Shown one piece after another: positions 45,807-55,226 of a stretch of DNA of 64,000 bases. Under the pieces are notes generated by a model. The model was not told where the DNA came from, did no database searches, and saw only the letters and a program-made list of their open reading frames with translations. The DNA comes from Christensenella sp. (GTDB lineage Bacteria; Bacillota; Clostridia; Christensenellales; CAG-138), in the NCBI GenBank assembly GCA_034926785.1, contig JAYFQU010000017.1, positions 50,794 through 114,793 on the forward strand, in the 5' to 3' direction. Made by a program: the position numbers and the translations under genes. Position 1 is the stretch's first letter. Each line of letters starts with the position of its first letter.

Positions 45807-46214
45807 TCACCGTTTGCTGATCAGGTGCGTGATGATTGCCATCGTCAGCGCCATTACCGCCCCGCGATGTGCCCAAAGCATGCCAGGCGTCCGCTTTTTG
45901 CTCTTAAACAGGATCGCTCCCAGCGTAATCGTCACCAGCGCAAGCCCGGCGGCAATTAGGCCGGTGACCGACACCCACTGGAAGGTAATCTGCAAGATCA
46001 CATGCGTCACCATCACTGCCGCCGCACCAATGCCAAAGAAGCGATGGTTTTTGACGAGAAACTTCATAATCGACTGATAGAAACCGCGAAAATCGTTTTC
46101 TTTCGGCAGCTTCATCACCCAGTTACGATTGCCCCATTTGATAAAAAAATTCAAAATTGCCGTGCCATACAACACGGCGGTCACAATCCCCAGCGCCTTT
46201 CCGAGCAGGCCCAT
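45807..46214 (-). CDS. Hypothetical integral membrane protein
   Basis: 135 aa, four hydrophobic helices, RBS GGGGGAAAA. Confidence 0.6.
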   Translation of the reverse strand: MGLLGKALGIVTAVLYGTAILNFFIKWGNRNWVMKLPKENDFRGFYQSIMKFLVKNHRFFGIGAAAVMVTHVILQITFQWVSVTGLIAAGLALVTITLGAILFKSKKRTPGMLWAHRGAVMALTMAIITHLISKR

Positions 46215-46353
46215 ATGATTTTCCCCCGTTCCTTATTTAGTATCAACTTAGCACGGTTTCAGCAGAAACACAAGCATGCAACCCCCTGCCAAATCGGTGT
46301 AAAAAAACAGGATGCCGCCTGCCTTGCGACACCCCGTTCGGGTTATCTCTGAT

Positions 46354-47967
46354 TTAACTCCAAAGCTCCCGCATGCGCTTGACATCTTCGTTGACGATGT
46401 ATTCGTCATAGTTCTCGCGTTTGTCAATCACACCGCCGGGGAGAATCTCCATGATGCGGTTGGCGACCGTGGTCGTCACCTGGTGGTCATGCGAAGTAAA
46501 CAGCATCACGCCGGTAAACTCCGTCATGCCCTCGTTGAGCGCGGTGATGGCCTCAAGATCGAGATGGTTGGTCGGCTCGTCGAGGATGAGCACATTTGCG
46601 CCGGAGAGCATCATCTTTGCCAGCATGCAGCGGTTCTTTTCACCGCCGGAGAGCACGCGCGCTTCCTTGAGCGCTTCCTCACCGGAGAAGAGCAACCGGC
46701 CAAGCCAGCCGCGGATGGTCGTTTCATACTGATCCTTGGAGAATTGCCGGAGCCAATCCACCAGCGAATAGGTAACGCCATCAAAATAAGAAGAGTTGTC
46801 GCTTGGCAGATAGGACTGCGTGGTGGTTACGCCCCATTTGAAGCTGCCGGAATCGGGCTCCATCTCCTCCATCAAAATCTGAAACAGCGTGGTGCGCGCG
46901 AGCTCATCTTCGCCCACAAACGCGACCTTATCCCCGCCGCAGATGACGAAGCTGACGTTGTTGAGCACCTTGCGCCCGCCGATGGTCTTGGTCAATCCGT
47001 TGACGGCGAGCACGTCGTTCCCTACCTCGCGATCGGGCTTAAAGTGGATGAACGGATAGCGGCGCGAAGACGGGGCGAAGTTGCCCATGTCGAGGTTATC
47101 AAGCATCTTTTTACGGGAGGTCGCCTGCCGGCTCTTGGAGGCATTCGCGCTGAAGCGCATGATAAACTCCTGCAGTTCCTTTGCCTTCTGTTCGTTTTGC
47201 TTGCGTTTATCCTTCTCCTGGCGCGCGGCGAGCTGGGTATATTCATACCAGAAATCGTAGTTGCCGACATACATCTGAATTTTGCCATAGTCAATATCCA
47301 CTATGTGCGTACAGACCTTATTTAAAAAGTGCCGGTCATGCGAGACGACGATGACGGTATTCGGGAAATCGAGCAGGAACTCCTCCAGCCAGCGGATGGC
47401 GTAGATATCCAGGTTGTTCGTCGGCTCATCCAGTAGCAGGATATCCGGTTTTGCAAACAGTGCCTGCGCAAGCAGAACCTTTACCTTATTCGGGCCGTCC
47501 AGTTCCGCCATGGACGACGTTTGCAGCGCGGCGGGCACGCCGAGGCCGTTGAGTAAAATCTCAACGTCCGACTCCGCGCTCCAACCATCCCGCTCGGCAA
47601 ACTCGCCCTCGAGTTCGGCCAGCGCAATCCCGTCCGCATCGTCAAAATCCGACTTGGCGTAAAGCACTTCCTTCTGCTGCATGATCTCATACAACCGCTC
47701 GTAACCCATGATGACCGTATCCATCACACTATAAGCGTCAAAGGCATAGTGATCCTGCCGCAGCACCGCGATGCGTTCGCCGGGCGTGACCACGATTTCG
47801 CCTTTGTTCGGTTCGATTTCGCCGGAGAGTATCTTGAGAAACGTCGATTTTCCCGTTCCGTTCGCACCGATCAGGCCATAGCAGTTGCCATTGGTAAACT
47901 GAACATCGACATGCTCAAACAGCGGTCTGCCGCCATATTGAAGGGATACATTGTGTGCGCTGATCAT
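46354..47967 (-). CDS. ABC-F family ATPase (YbiT-like)
   Basis: 537 aa with two ABC cassettes and no TM. NBD1 Walker A is GANGTGKST. NBD2 signature is LSGGEKNR. NBD2 Walker A is degenerate (GEDELARTT). Confidence 0.9.
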   Translation of the reverse strand: MISAHNVSLQYGGRPLFEHVDVQFTNGNCYGLIGANGTGKSTFLKILSGEIEPNKGEIVVTPGERIAVLRQDHYAFDAYSVMDTVIMGYERLYEIMQQKEVLYAKSDFDDADGIALAELEGEFAERDGWSAESDVEILLNGLGVPAALQTSSMAELDGPNKVKVLLAQALFAKPDILLLDEPTNNLDIYAIRWLEEFLLDFPNTVIVVSHDRHFLNKVCTHIVDIDYGKIQMYVGNYDFWYEYTQLAARQEKDKRKQNEQKAKELQEFIMRFSANASKSRQATSRKKMLDNLDMGNFAPSSRRYPFIHFKPDREVGNDVLAVNGLTKTIGGRKVLNNVSFVICGGDKVAFVGEDELARTTLFQILMEEMEPDSGSFKWGVTTTQSYLPSDNSSYFDGVTYSLVDWLRQFSKDQYETTIRGWLGRLLFSGEEALKEARVLSGGEKNRCMLAKMMLSGANVLILDEPTNHLDLEAITALNEGMTEFTGVMLFTSHDHQVTTTVANRIMEILPGGVIDKRENYDEYIVNEDVKRMRELWS

Positions 47968-48042
47968 GAATCTTTACCTGCTTTCCTGTAAAACAACCGC
48001 TATCATACCACATCGGGCCTAAAAGTCAAAGCTTTCTGCCTG

Positions 48043-48537
48043 TTATGCCGGAAGAAAATAGAGCGTGTCCAGCAATTCCAGCCCGGCTTTCGTGCGAAAG
48101 AGCTTTTCACGAACCGAACGGATCGCATCCTCACCCATACTCTCCTCATATGCATTGACGAGAAAGTCCGCCTCGACCAGAATTTGATAATCCAACTCTT
48201 GAATGTTCGCGTAGGTGTGGTGATGCGCAATCAGCCAGCAGACACGCTCCGTGAGTTTCCGTCCAGCGCCCAGCGAGAGCAGCATTTTCTCCGCCTCCGG
48301 AGGCCCCTCAATCTGTTGATGTTCACCGGAGCAGTTGCCATATTTCTGTTCGCTGTTTCGAATACCGATGTCGTGTGTCAGCGCGGCAATCTCAAGAACC
48401 ACCTGTGCGAAGGGCTCCAACCCTTCGCGCGCTCCTATGGCTTTCGCAAACCCGTATACCTTAAGCAGATGATTGATCCGCCGCGCATCCCCAGTGTTAT
48501 AAAGCATCATTGCATATAAAACATCTTCTGTCAGCAT
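48043..48537 (-). CDS. HD-domain phosphohydrolase
   Basis: ATG 48537 follows GAGGTGG. 164 aa. Contains H...LTHDIG...HHH metal-binding residues. Confidence 0.8.
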   Translation of the reverse strand: MLTEDVLYAMMLYNTGDARRINHLLKVYGFAKAIGAREGLEPFAQVVLEIAALTHDIGIRNSEQKYGNCSGEHQQIEGPPEAEKMLLSLGAGRKLTERVCWLIAHHHTYANIQELDYQILVEADFLVNAYEESMGEDAIRSVREKLFRTKAGLELLDTLYFLPA

Positions 48538-48700
48538 TCCGCCCACCTCGTTTTTGAATCACTTTTTTATTATTTTACTCGTTTTTCGCCTTAGCGTACA
48601 GCCGGCCCACAGCAGAAAGCATAAGCGGCATACATATAGGAATAGGAGGCGCAACCGATCCGGTACGCCTCCCATTTGAATTGATCTTGTTCTTTAATGG

Positions 48701-51700
48701 TTATGCTTTGGGTTTAACCTTAATGCCAAGCACGGTCAACACAGCCTGCACCGCACCAATTCCGCCCATCAGCAGCGACCATTTGTCAAACAACACCGCC
48801 TGATTCTGCATGTTCTGGGTGAGGATGAATGCGAGGATTGCGCCGATTGCCGGGGCCAGCGTGGAGAATCGAATCCCTGCACGTTTCTTGCTCCTGACGC
48901 CCTCCATATCCTTGTTCTTGTTGAGGAGGCCGACCAGCATGGTGCCGGAAGCAAGCGCGGTGGCAATCGTCATAATCAGGTTAAAGACCGACCAGGTCGG
49001 CGCGGGCGCGGCTAACGGCACCGGCGCATCCGTAATATTTTCCAGAACGTTGGATGTACGGACCATGGTACCGTAAATCGTAACACCGCCTACCGGCACA
49101 GTAGCGGGAATCACGCTCGTCCAGCCTTCAAACTGGTAGCCATCCTCTGCCGGATCGTCCGGAATCGGCATGGGTGCATTGTACGGCAGGTTTGCGTAGG
49201 TGGCATACGGCGTTGCGCCATCCAGCCCGGTCAGCGTACCTCCGGTAACAACATAGCTTACCGTGTAGAGCTGCTGCTCCCATTGCGCATAGAGCGTTAC
49301 GGCTGCGGCAGGCATTACAAACACGTCACCCGGCGTATAAACCACGCCGCTGTTGGCTCCCGTTCCCCAGCCGAGGAACGTATAGCCCGTTCTGGTGAAG
49401 GTGTTTCCGGCCACGGTAACATCGCCGAATGTCGGATAGAACCCTTCCGTATAGGTCGCGCCTGTTCCGCCGTTTGCCGAGTAAAGCACCGGCGAGATGA
49501 TGATCTGCCAGACGGCCGCAAACGTCACGTCGTTGGCCGGCATTGCGAAGGTTCCTCCCGCAGCCAGCGTCTGTGTAGTGCCGTTGATATCCGTGGTGCG
49601 CCAGCCCATGAAGTTATATCCCGGGCGTACCGGGTTCGCGGCCGCGAGCGTAACGGTAGACGTAAACGGCGTGTTCAGGATAGCCGCCGGCATGTTGGTC
49701 ACTTCACCGGCGGGAGCGTTTGCAACATACGTCGTATCGAATACGTCAAACGCCCAGACGGCGAGGAGATCATAGTTGCGATCGACCGGCGAAATCACCG
49801 CTCCAAGCGCAATGTTGTCGCCCGTGCTCTGGTCCTGCCAGCCGGTCAGCACATATCCCGTACGCGTAATTCCGGTCGCATCCGCAATCGTTGCACTGCC
49901 GTGATAGTCAACCCACGCCGCAGCCGGAATCCCGATGACCGGATCCGTCGTGTTCGCGCTGTAGGTAACGCGCGGGCGAACCTTCAGCGTGCCCTCGGTG
50001 GGTTGGAGATCATAGTTGCCCGGAAGCGTATTTTGCTTCAGCTCCAGACCCACGATGGTGTTCGTCACCGTGCCGGGGTCCGTAATCGTTCCGTTTGCAG
50101 CAGGCGCTGCGAGGAATCCTTCGTCTAATACGAATCCATCGCCTCCGAGGGTGACGCCGGTGTTCGTCAGCGGCAGACCGTCATAGTCCTTGCTGTCACT
50201 CTGCGAAGTGAGCGTGATGCTGCGCTGCGTAATCGTAACGTCCGCGGAGGAGAACGATGTCACATAGTTGGAGTTCACCGCCGCGACATAGATTGTCTTG
50301 CTGTCTTCAACGTTCTTCGCGGTCGGTTTCGTCGGCAAATATGTTGAGAGATCGGTTCCGCCCGTGATGTTATAGAGCAGGTCGGTTCCCTCCGTAATAT
50401 TCGCGCTGGCGCCAATCGTTTGCTCGACTCCGTTATATAGGCCGCTATACGGCGTTGCGATTACTTTAAGCGCATCGGATGGCGTGATCGTCAACGTTCC
50501 TTCGTTTTTGACGATGTTGTAGTTGTTCAGGTTCGTATGCGAGTTAACCGACGGAACATTAATCGTGTTCGGCGTAGATCCAACGTCCGTAATGGTCCCC
50601 GTCGCGGACGGATCCGACCGGAACCCCTGGGCGTAAATGAATCCGTCCCCGCTGACCGCCACGCCCGGCTTCGTGAGCGGCATGCGGTCATATGGCTTGC
50701 TTGCGCCGTCGGAGGTCAGGATAATGTCCCGTTTGAGAATCGTCAGCGACGCGGTCGTATAGGCCGTTTCATAATTCGAGTTTACCGCAGCAATAGTAAC
50801 CGTCTTGCTGTCGGCAACGTTTAGCGCATACGGTGCAATGATCGAATAATCGCCCGGATAAGCACCGCCCGTTAGGCTATAGTAGATCGTTGTCCCCGCC
50901 CACACGCTCGGTTGCGGCAGCAGGAAATGCGGCAGCCCGTCATACTTCGCGCTGTAGGAGTCTGCCGTGACGGTGAGCTTGTTGGACTTTGTCACCGTCA
51001 ACGTGCCGTTTGCGGGCGTAAAGGAGTAGTTCGCTGCGCTCAGTCCGCTCACATTCGGGCGAATGGTATAAGAGCCCACCGGAAGGAAGTTGCTCACCGT
51101 TACGGGCAGATATCCGTAGGAATAACCATAGCTCACGCTGCCGGAGATCGCCACGGTACCTGCGGTTTCTCCATTCACGAACCCGGCGTACGTCACGGCC
51201 TCCGCGGGTGCGAGCGTGTTCGTGTCGCCATAGGTCATGCTGCGGTCCCCCGCGGTAACCGTCAGAACCGCCTTTTTAACGGTCAGCGTGCCTTCATTGG
51301 TCTTAATGGTATAGTTTTCTGCAAGTGTTGTGTCCGCATTCAACGCGGGAACCACGATGGTATTCTTTGTGCTGCCGGCATTCGTGATGGAACCGCTTGC
51401 AACCGGTGTTTCCACAAAGCCTTCTCCGTTGACAAAGCCGTTTCCTGTCTGGTTCACCACGGTGCTGGTCAACGGCGTGCCATCATAGGTTTTGTTCGCG
51501 CTTTGCGAAGAAAGGTTGATGGTGCGCGGGGTGATGGTCACCCTTGCCGAACCAAACGCCGTCACGTAGTTTGCGTTCACTGCGGCAACGTAGATGATTT
51601 TACTCTCGCTGACGTTTTTCGCCGTAGGCTTCACGCTGGAGTATTGGCTCAGGTTGGTTCCGCCCGACGTGCTGTACAGGAAGCTCGTTCCCGCAGGCAC

Positions 51701-52456
51701 ATTTGTGGAGACGCCAACCGTCTGCGCCACTCCGTTATACATGCCGTTATAAGGAGTTACCGTCACCCGAAGTCCGCTGGCGAGGTTCACGGTCAGCGTG
51801 CCGTCCGCCGAAACAAAGGTGTAGTTCTCCGCCGTCAAGCCACTGACGACCGGCCGAATCGTATAGAAACCGGCGGGAAGCGTCGTGCTCACAGTCACAG
51901 GCGTCGTTCCCTGCAGGTAGGTGTAGCTTACGGAACCGCCGATCCCCGCCGTCGCCGCAGTTTCACCATTGACAAAGCCGGAATAGACGACCGACGCTGT
52001 CGCAGGGGTAAGTGATCCCAGGTTGCCATATGTCATGCTGCGGTTGCCGGCTGTTGCGGTCAAGACCGCTTTTTCGATCTTCAGCTTGCCGGTCACATAG
52101 ATGACATTGTAGTGATTGGTGACGTCATTGCCCAGGCCGTCCCTGATGACAAGGGCGCCCTGATTCGAGAAGTCCGCCGTATACTCGCCCGCCTTGGTTC
52201 CCTTGGCTCCCGCGGTCAGGTCTCCAAATGTTAGATTGCTGATCGAGCTGGTAAACCCGGAAACGCTCTGCTCTTTCCCGTTATATGTCACGGTCAGGCC
52301 TTTGGACGTCAGGGTTAGATCGATCTGCTTCTCCCAGTGCGCTGTAAAGCTTTTATCCCCCGTTGATCCGCTTGGGATACGATCCGTCTCCGTCCAGCCC
52401 GTGAAATAATAGCCGGGGCGCGAAGGATCCGCCAGTACGATCAACCCGCTGTTCAC
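48701..52456 (-). CDS. Surface protein, C-terminal part (MBG-domain and Listeria-Bacteroides repeats, C-terminal TM anchor); continues the reading frame of 52565..54490
   Basis: 1251-aa ORF with repeated MBG-like modules (...AENYTF..DGTLTV.., ...NYSFTPANGTLTVT) and GW-type repeats (GYVLTGW, GYNFMGW, GYTFLGW). No signal peptide of its own. The frame stays open upstream to the TGA at 52565. Confidence 0.8.
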   Translation of the reverse strand: MNSGLIVLADPSRPGYYFTGWTETDRIPSGSTGDKSFTAHWEKQIDLTLTSKGLTVTYNGKEQSVSGFTSSISNLTFGDLTAGAKGTKAGEYTADFSNQGALVIRDGLGNDVTNHYNVIYVTGKLKIEKAVLTATAGNRSMTYGNLGSLTPATASVVYSGFVNGETAATAGIGGSVSYTYLQGTTPVTVSTTLPAGFYTIRPVVSGLTAENYTFVSADGTLTVNLASGLRVTVTPYNGMYNGVAQTVGVSTNVPAGTSFLYSTSGGTNLSQYSSVKPTAKNVSESKIIYVAAVNANYVTAFGSARVTITPRTINLSSQSANKTYDGTPLTSTVVNQTGNGFVNGEGFVETPVASGSITNAGSTKNTIVVPALNADTTLAENYTIKTNEGTLTVKKAVLTVTAGDRSMTYGDTNTLAPAEAVTYAGFVNGETAGTVAISGSVSYGYSYGYLPVTVSNFLPVGSYTIRPNVSGLSAANYSFTPANGTLTVTKSNKLTVTADSYSAKYDGLPHFLLPQPSVWAGTTIYYSLTGGAYPGDYSIIAPYALNVADSKTVTIAAVNSNYETAYTTASLTILKRDIILTSDGASKPYDRMPLTKPGVAVSGDGFIYAQGFRSDPSATGTITDVGSTPNTINVPSVNSHTNLNNYNIVKNEGTLTITPSDALKVIATPYSGLYNGVEQTIGASANITEGTDLLYNITGGTDLSTYLPTKPTAKNVEDSKTIYVAAVNSNYVTSFSSADVTITQRSITLTSQSDSKDYDGLPLTNTGVTLGGDGFVLDEGFLAAPAANGTITDPGTVTNTIVGLELKQNTLPGNYDLQPTEGTLKVRPRVTYSANTTDPVIGIPAAAWVDYHGSATIADATGITRTGYVLTGWQDQSTGDNIALGAVISPVDRNYDLLAVWAFDVFDTTYVANAPAGEVTNMPAAILNTPFTSTVTLAAANPVRPGYNFMGWRTTDINGTTQTLAAGGTFAMPANDVTFAAVWQIIISPVLYSANGGTGATYTEGFYPTFGDVTVAGNTFTRTGYTFLGWGTGANSGVVYTPGDVFVMPAAAVTLYAQWEQQLYTVSYVVTGGTLTGLDGATPYATYANLPYNAPMPIPDDPAEDGYQFEGWTSVIPATVPVGGVTIYGTMVRTSNVLENITDAPVPLAAPAPTWSVFNLIMTIATALASGTMLVGLLNKNKDMEGVRSKKRAGIRFSTLAPAIGAILAFILTQNMQNQAVLFDKWSLLMGGIGAVQAVLTVLGIKVKPKA

Positions 52457-52534
52457 CGTATAGGTTTTCGGATTTGCATCGCTGTTGATGCCGTGATCCA
52501 GATTATACTCAATATTGTATATGATCGGATCAGA

Positions 52535-53221
52535 CCACTTCGCCGTAAATGTCTTGGGTCCGGTTCAACCGAGCGGGATGCTGTTCCCCTCAACCCAGCC
52601 GTCGAACGAATAGCCATCCCTTGTCGGGTTCTGCAGCGTGATTGCGTCCAATACGGTGTAGTATGCGGGGTTCGCTCCCGCGTTGCTTCCGCCGGCGCCC
52701 AGGACATAGGTAATCGGGTACTGCAGCGGAGCGGACCAGTTCGCGGTAAACGTCCTCGGCCCGGTCGAATTCGCCGGAATGGTATTCCCCTCCGTCCAGT
52801 TGATGAAGTTATATCCCAACTTGGTCGGATTCTTGATTGTGATGAGCCCGCTCTCAATGGTGTAGCTTTCCGGATTTTCCGTGTTGTTTACACCGTCTTT
52901 GAGTATATAGGTAATCACATAAGAAGCCGGGAGCCACTTCGCCGTGAACGTCTTGGGTCCGGTTGAACCGAGCGGGATACTGTTCCCCTCAACCCAGCCG
53001 TTAAACGAATAGCCGCTCCTTGTCGGGTTCTGCAGCGTGATTGCGTCCAGTACGGTGTAGTATGCGGGGTTCGCTCCCGCGTTGCTTCCGCCGGCGCCCA
53101 GAACATAGGTAATCGGGTACTGCAGCGGAGCGGACCAGTTCGCGGTAAACGTCTTGTCGCCGGTCGAATTCGCCGGAATGGTATTCCCCTCCGTCCAGTT
53201 GATGAAGTTATATCCCAACTT
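52535..53221 (-). repeat. Tandem intragenic repeat, 399-bp (133-codon) period, two ~288-bp near-identical cores
   Basis: 52535..52822 versus 52934..53221 differ at only about a dozen positions by eye. Both encode KLGYNFINW...NPAYYTVLDAITLQNPTR.GYSF.GWVEGNSIPLG[S/*]TGPKTFTAKW. Confidence 0.9.
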
Positions 53222-54490
53222 GGTCGGCGGAAGGATCGTAATCGCACTGTTCTGTTTAACATAGGTAGTGGGATTACCTGGGTTGTTCGCGCCTCCATTC
53301 AACACATATGTGATTGAGTAAACTGTGTAAACGGGGGCATTATTCTTGAAATGAATTTCTACATTATAGATATTTGATGAACCTTGTTGTTGAAGAGTAG
53401 GGTTAGCAAGAAGGTTCGCATTCGCGTTAGTAGGATCATATCCAAGCGCATAATCCGTCCCTAAAGCGTTTACTAGATTGGATTGATTGTCACTAAGATA
53501 ATTAGCAATCTGGTTATCGCTGACATTATTCAGGGTGATTTCCGAAATCAGCTCAGCCTGCTTGCCGTTCCCGAGATAAATCTTAACATTGATGATGTTG
53601 TAGTGTCTCCAAGCCGCCGTGAGCGTCACAGCGTTGCCAGGCATCGTGAATGTGCCGCCCGGCGCAAAGGCCTGGGCCGACCCGGTCACGTCGCTTGTCG
53701 TCCAGTTGACGAACGCATACTCGGCACGCACGGGCACGGCGCTCGGAATGGTGTATGTTGAGCCAACCGCAACCGCGGTCTCGTTGGTCGGAAGCCCGGT
53801 CACGCCGGTCGCGCCGGCATCGTAATTCACCGCAAAGGTTGTCACCGGAGCCGGTGCCATAAGCGCCCTCGCCATCAGAGGTTGCACTTCGCCGAACACC
53901 GCGTTGAGCGTCAGATTTCCGACGACCGGTAAAAAGAAGTCATATGGCGTCTGATCCGCAGCGCTCCAATAGAGGAAAGCCATGTTTTCAAATTGCGGAT
54001 CTTCCGGCGCTGCAGGATTGCTTGGCTCCGAGGCAAGATCGCCTTGCGTCACCAGCTGCGTCAGATCATCGTCCACTACTCCGTTGATCACGAACTGAAC
54101 GGTGAATTTCTGAGGTTCCGGCGACACGGAAGGATCCGGGCTAACGCTCACCTCCGGGGTAATGCTCACCTCCGGGGTAATGCTGGCATTCGGATCGGGC
54201 GTTACCTGCGGAACTTCGCCTACCACAGGTGGAATGCTATCCGTTGGAGCCGCGTTCGGATCCGGGGTCGGGGTCGCATTCGGCCCCTGCCCTGAGGCGG
54301 TAGCACTCACCATCGGCGTAGGAGTCGCCGAAGTATCGTCCCCTCCCGCACGCTTAGCGGCAGCGTTTTCCCCCGGCTGATTGGACGGAGGATTTTCTGC
54401 CGTCGCCAATGCGGACTGAGGCAGAAGCGCCAAAATCATCAAGGCGCATAGTATAAGGCTGAGAGCCTTTGAAAAACGCGATTTTTTCAT
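52565..54490 (-). CDS. Surface protein, N-terminal part (signal peptide, Pro/Thr linker, Listeria-Bacteroides repeats); ends at an in-frame TGA
   Basis: 641 aa. Starts MKKSRFSKALSLILCALMILALLPQSALA. Has a TPTP/PEVS-rich linker and repeats of the GYNFINWTEGN..STG.KTFTANW type. RBS is AGGAGG. Confidence 0.85.
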   Translation of the reverse strand: MKKSRFSKALSLILCALMILALLPQSALATAENPPSNQPGENAAAKRAGGDDTSATPTPMVSATASGQGPNATPTPDPNAAPTDSIPPVVGEVPQVTPDPNASITPEVSITPEVSVSPDPSVSPEPQKFTVQFVINGVVDDDLTQLVTQGDLASEPSNPAAPEDPQFENMAFLYWSAADQTPYDFFLPVVGNLTLNAVFGEVQPLMARALMAPAPVTTFAVNYDAGATGVTGLPTNETAVAVGSTYTIPSAVPVRAEYAFVNWTTSDVTGSAQAFAPGGTFTMPGNAVTLTAAWRHYNIINVKIYLGNGKQAELISEITLNNVSDNQIANYLSDNQSNLVNALGTDYALGYDPTNANANLLANPTLQQQGSSNIYNVEIHFKNNAPVYTVYSITYVLNGGANNPGNPTTYVKQNSAITILPPTKLGYNFINWTEGNTIPANSTGDKTFTANWSAPLQYPITYVLGAGGSNAGANPAYYTVLDAITLQNPTRSGYSFNGWVEGNSIPLGSTGPKTFTAKWLPASYVITYILKDGVNNTENPESYTIESGLITIKNPTKLGYNFINWTEGNTIPANSTGPRTFTANWSAPLQYPITYVLGAGGSNAGANPAYYTVLDAITLQNPTRDGYSFDGWVEGNSIPLG

Positions 54491-55134
54491 AATTGATTCC
54501 TCCTGAATCGGCCTTGGGGGTACTTGCCTATAAATCTAGGATAACCATATTATAGCGACGCAATATTACATTCGCGTTGTTTTTGTGCTTTTATGATTGG
54601 TTTTTTTACAGTTTATCTGTTTTTTCAAAGGAATTTTCTATTTATTTTTTTGATCGCCCGCTTTATGTTACATTACTGTTTCTTTCTGCTGTTTTACAGC
54701 CGGTTTCAGACTGTTGCTATGTGATGTTATCACCTTTGTTTTTTAGTGAACGGTTGTGGCAATCCCCATCGATTTCCTTATAAGTATTGGTGGTTTTAAC
54801 GTGCGGCAAACAACTGGCTTCAGCGCCCCGGCAGTTGAAGCATGGGGTTCCTATTACATCTATATGAAGAAAGTCCATTTTCGTTCGTGATTGCCCTCTT
54901 CTGAAACGGTCTTTCCATTTCGCCTTGTTTGGGTATCATCCGGCCGCGAAAAATATCACTCATACGCGTTTTATTGCGAATGCTGCAACCGTGGGATCCG
55001 CCCAACGCTGCCGCCCAAATCGCGCTTGCTTCCGGCTATGGCATACCATGCGTGGTGTATTTATTGATTACAGGATCCAGCCGCTTATTCTCATTTCCAG
55101 CATGAGCGGTAGATACAGATCGACGCCTTGCTGT

Positions 55135-55167
55135 AAAAAAAGAGTGGAACCGGTTTCCCGGCTCCAC
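55135..55167 (-). terminator. Rho-independent terminator of ada
   Basis: Minus strand reads GTGGAGCCGG-GAAA-CCGGTTCCAC followed by TCTTTTTTT, about 60 nt after the stop at 55227. Confidence 0.72.
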
Positions 55168-55226
55168 ACGGTGTCTCTTATATCCACAATTTGACTTTAG
55201 TGAAAGGCGATCCCTCGTTACTGTTA

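Noticed and set aside
46312-47325. 337-aa ORF antisense to the ABC-F gene
   Set aside because: It is a shadow frame; the opposite strand has unambiguous Walker and signature motifs.
49283-52015. 281-aa and 367-aa ORFs antisense to the surface-protein gene
   Set aside because: They are Arg-rich shadow frames inside a repeat-rich gene whose sense strand shows clear domain repeats.
52565-52567. Reading the adhesin TGA as selenocysteine, Trp/Gly recoding or programmed read-through
   Set aside because: Other genes in the window terminate at TGA. The paralogous codon is Ser (TCA), not Cys/Sec. I see no hairpin immediately downstream resembling a bacterial SECIS. Nonsense mutation or sequencing error is the simpler explanation.
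54800-54850. GGCAAAC string upstream of the adhesin as a second c-di-GMP riboswitch
   Set aside because: It lacks the GACGCAAAGC junction and the paired hairpins, and it is on the strand opposite to the adhesin gene.
54902-55105. Possible remnant of an AraC-type HTH gene (+ strand frame ...RVLLRMLQPWDPPNAAAQIALASGYG...)
   Set aside because: Only ~30 residues loosely resemble the second HTH of AraC/XylS proteins. The frame is short, has no start or RBS, and diverges immediately. This cannot be supported without a profile search.
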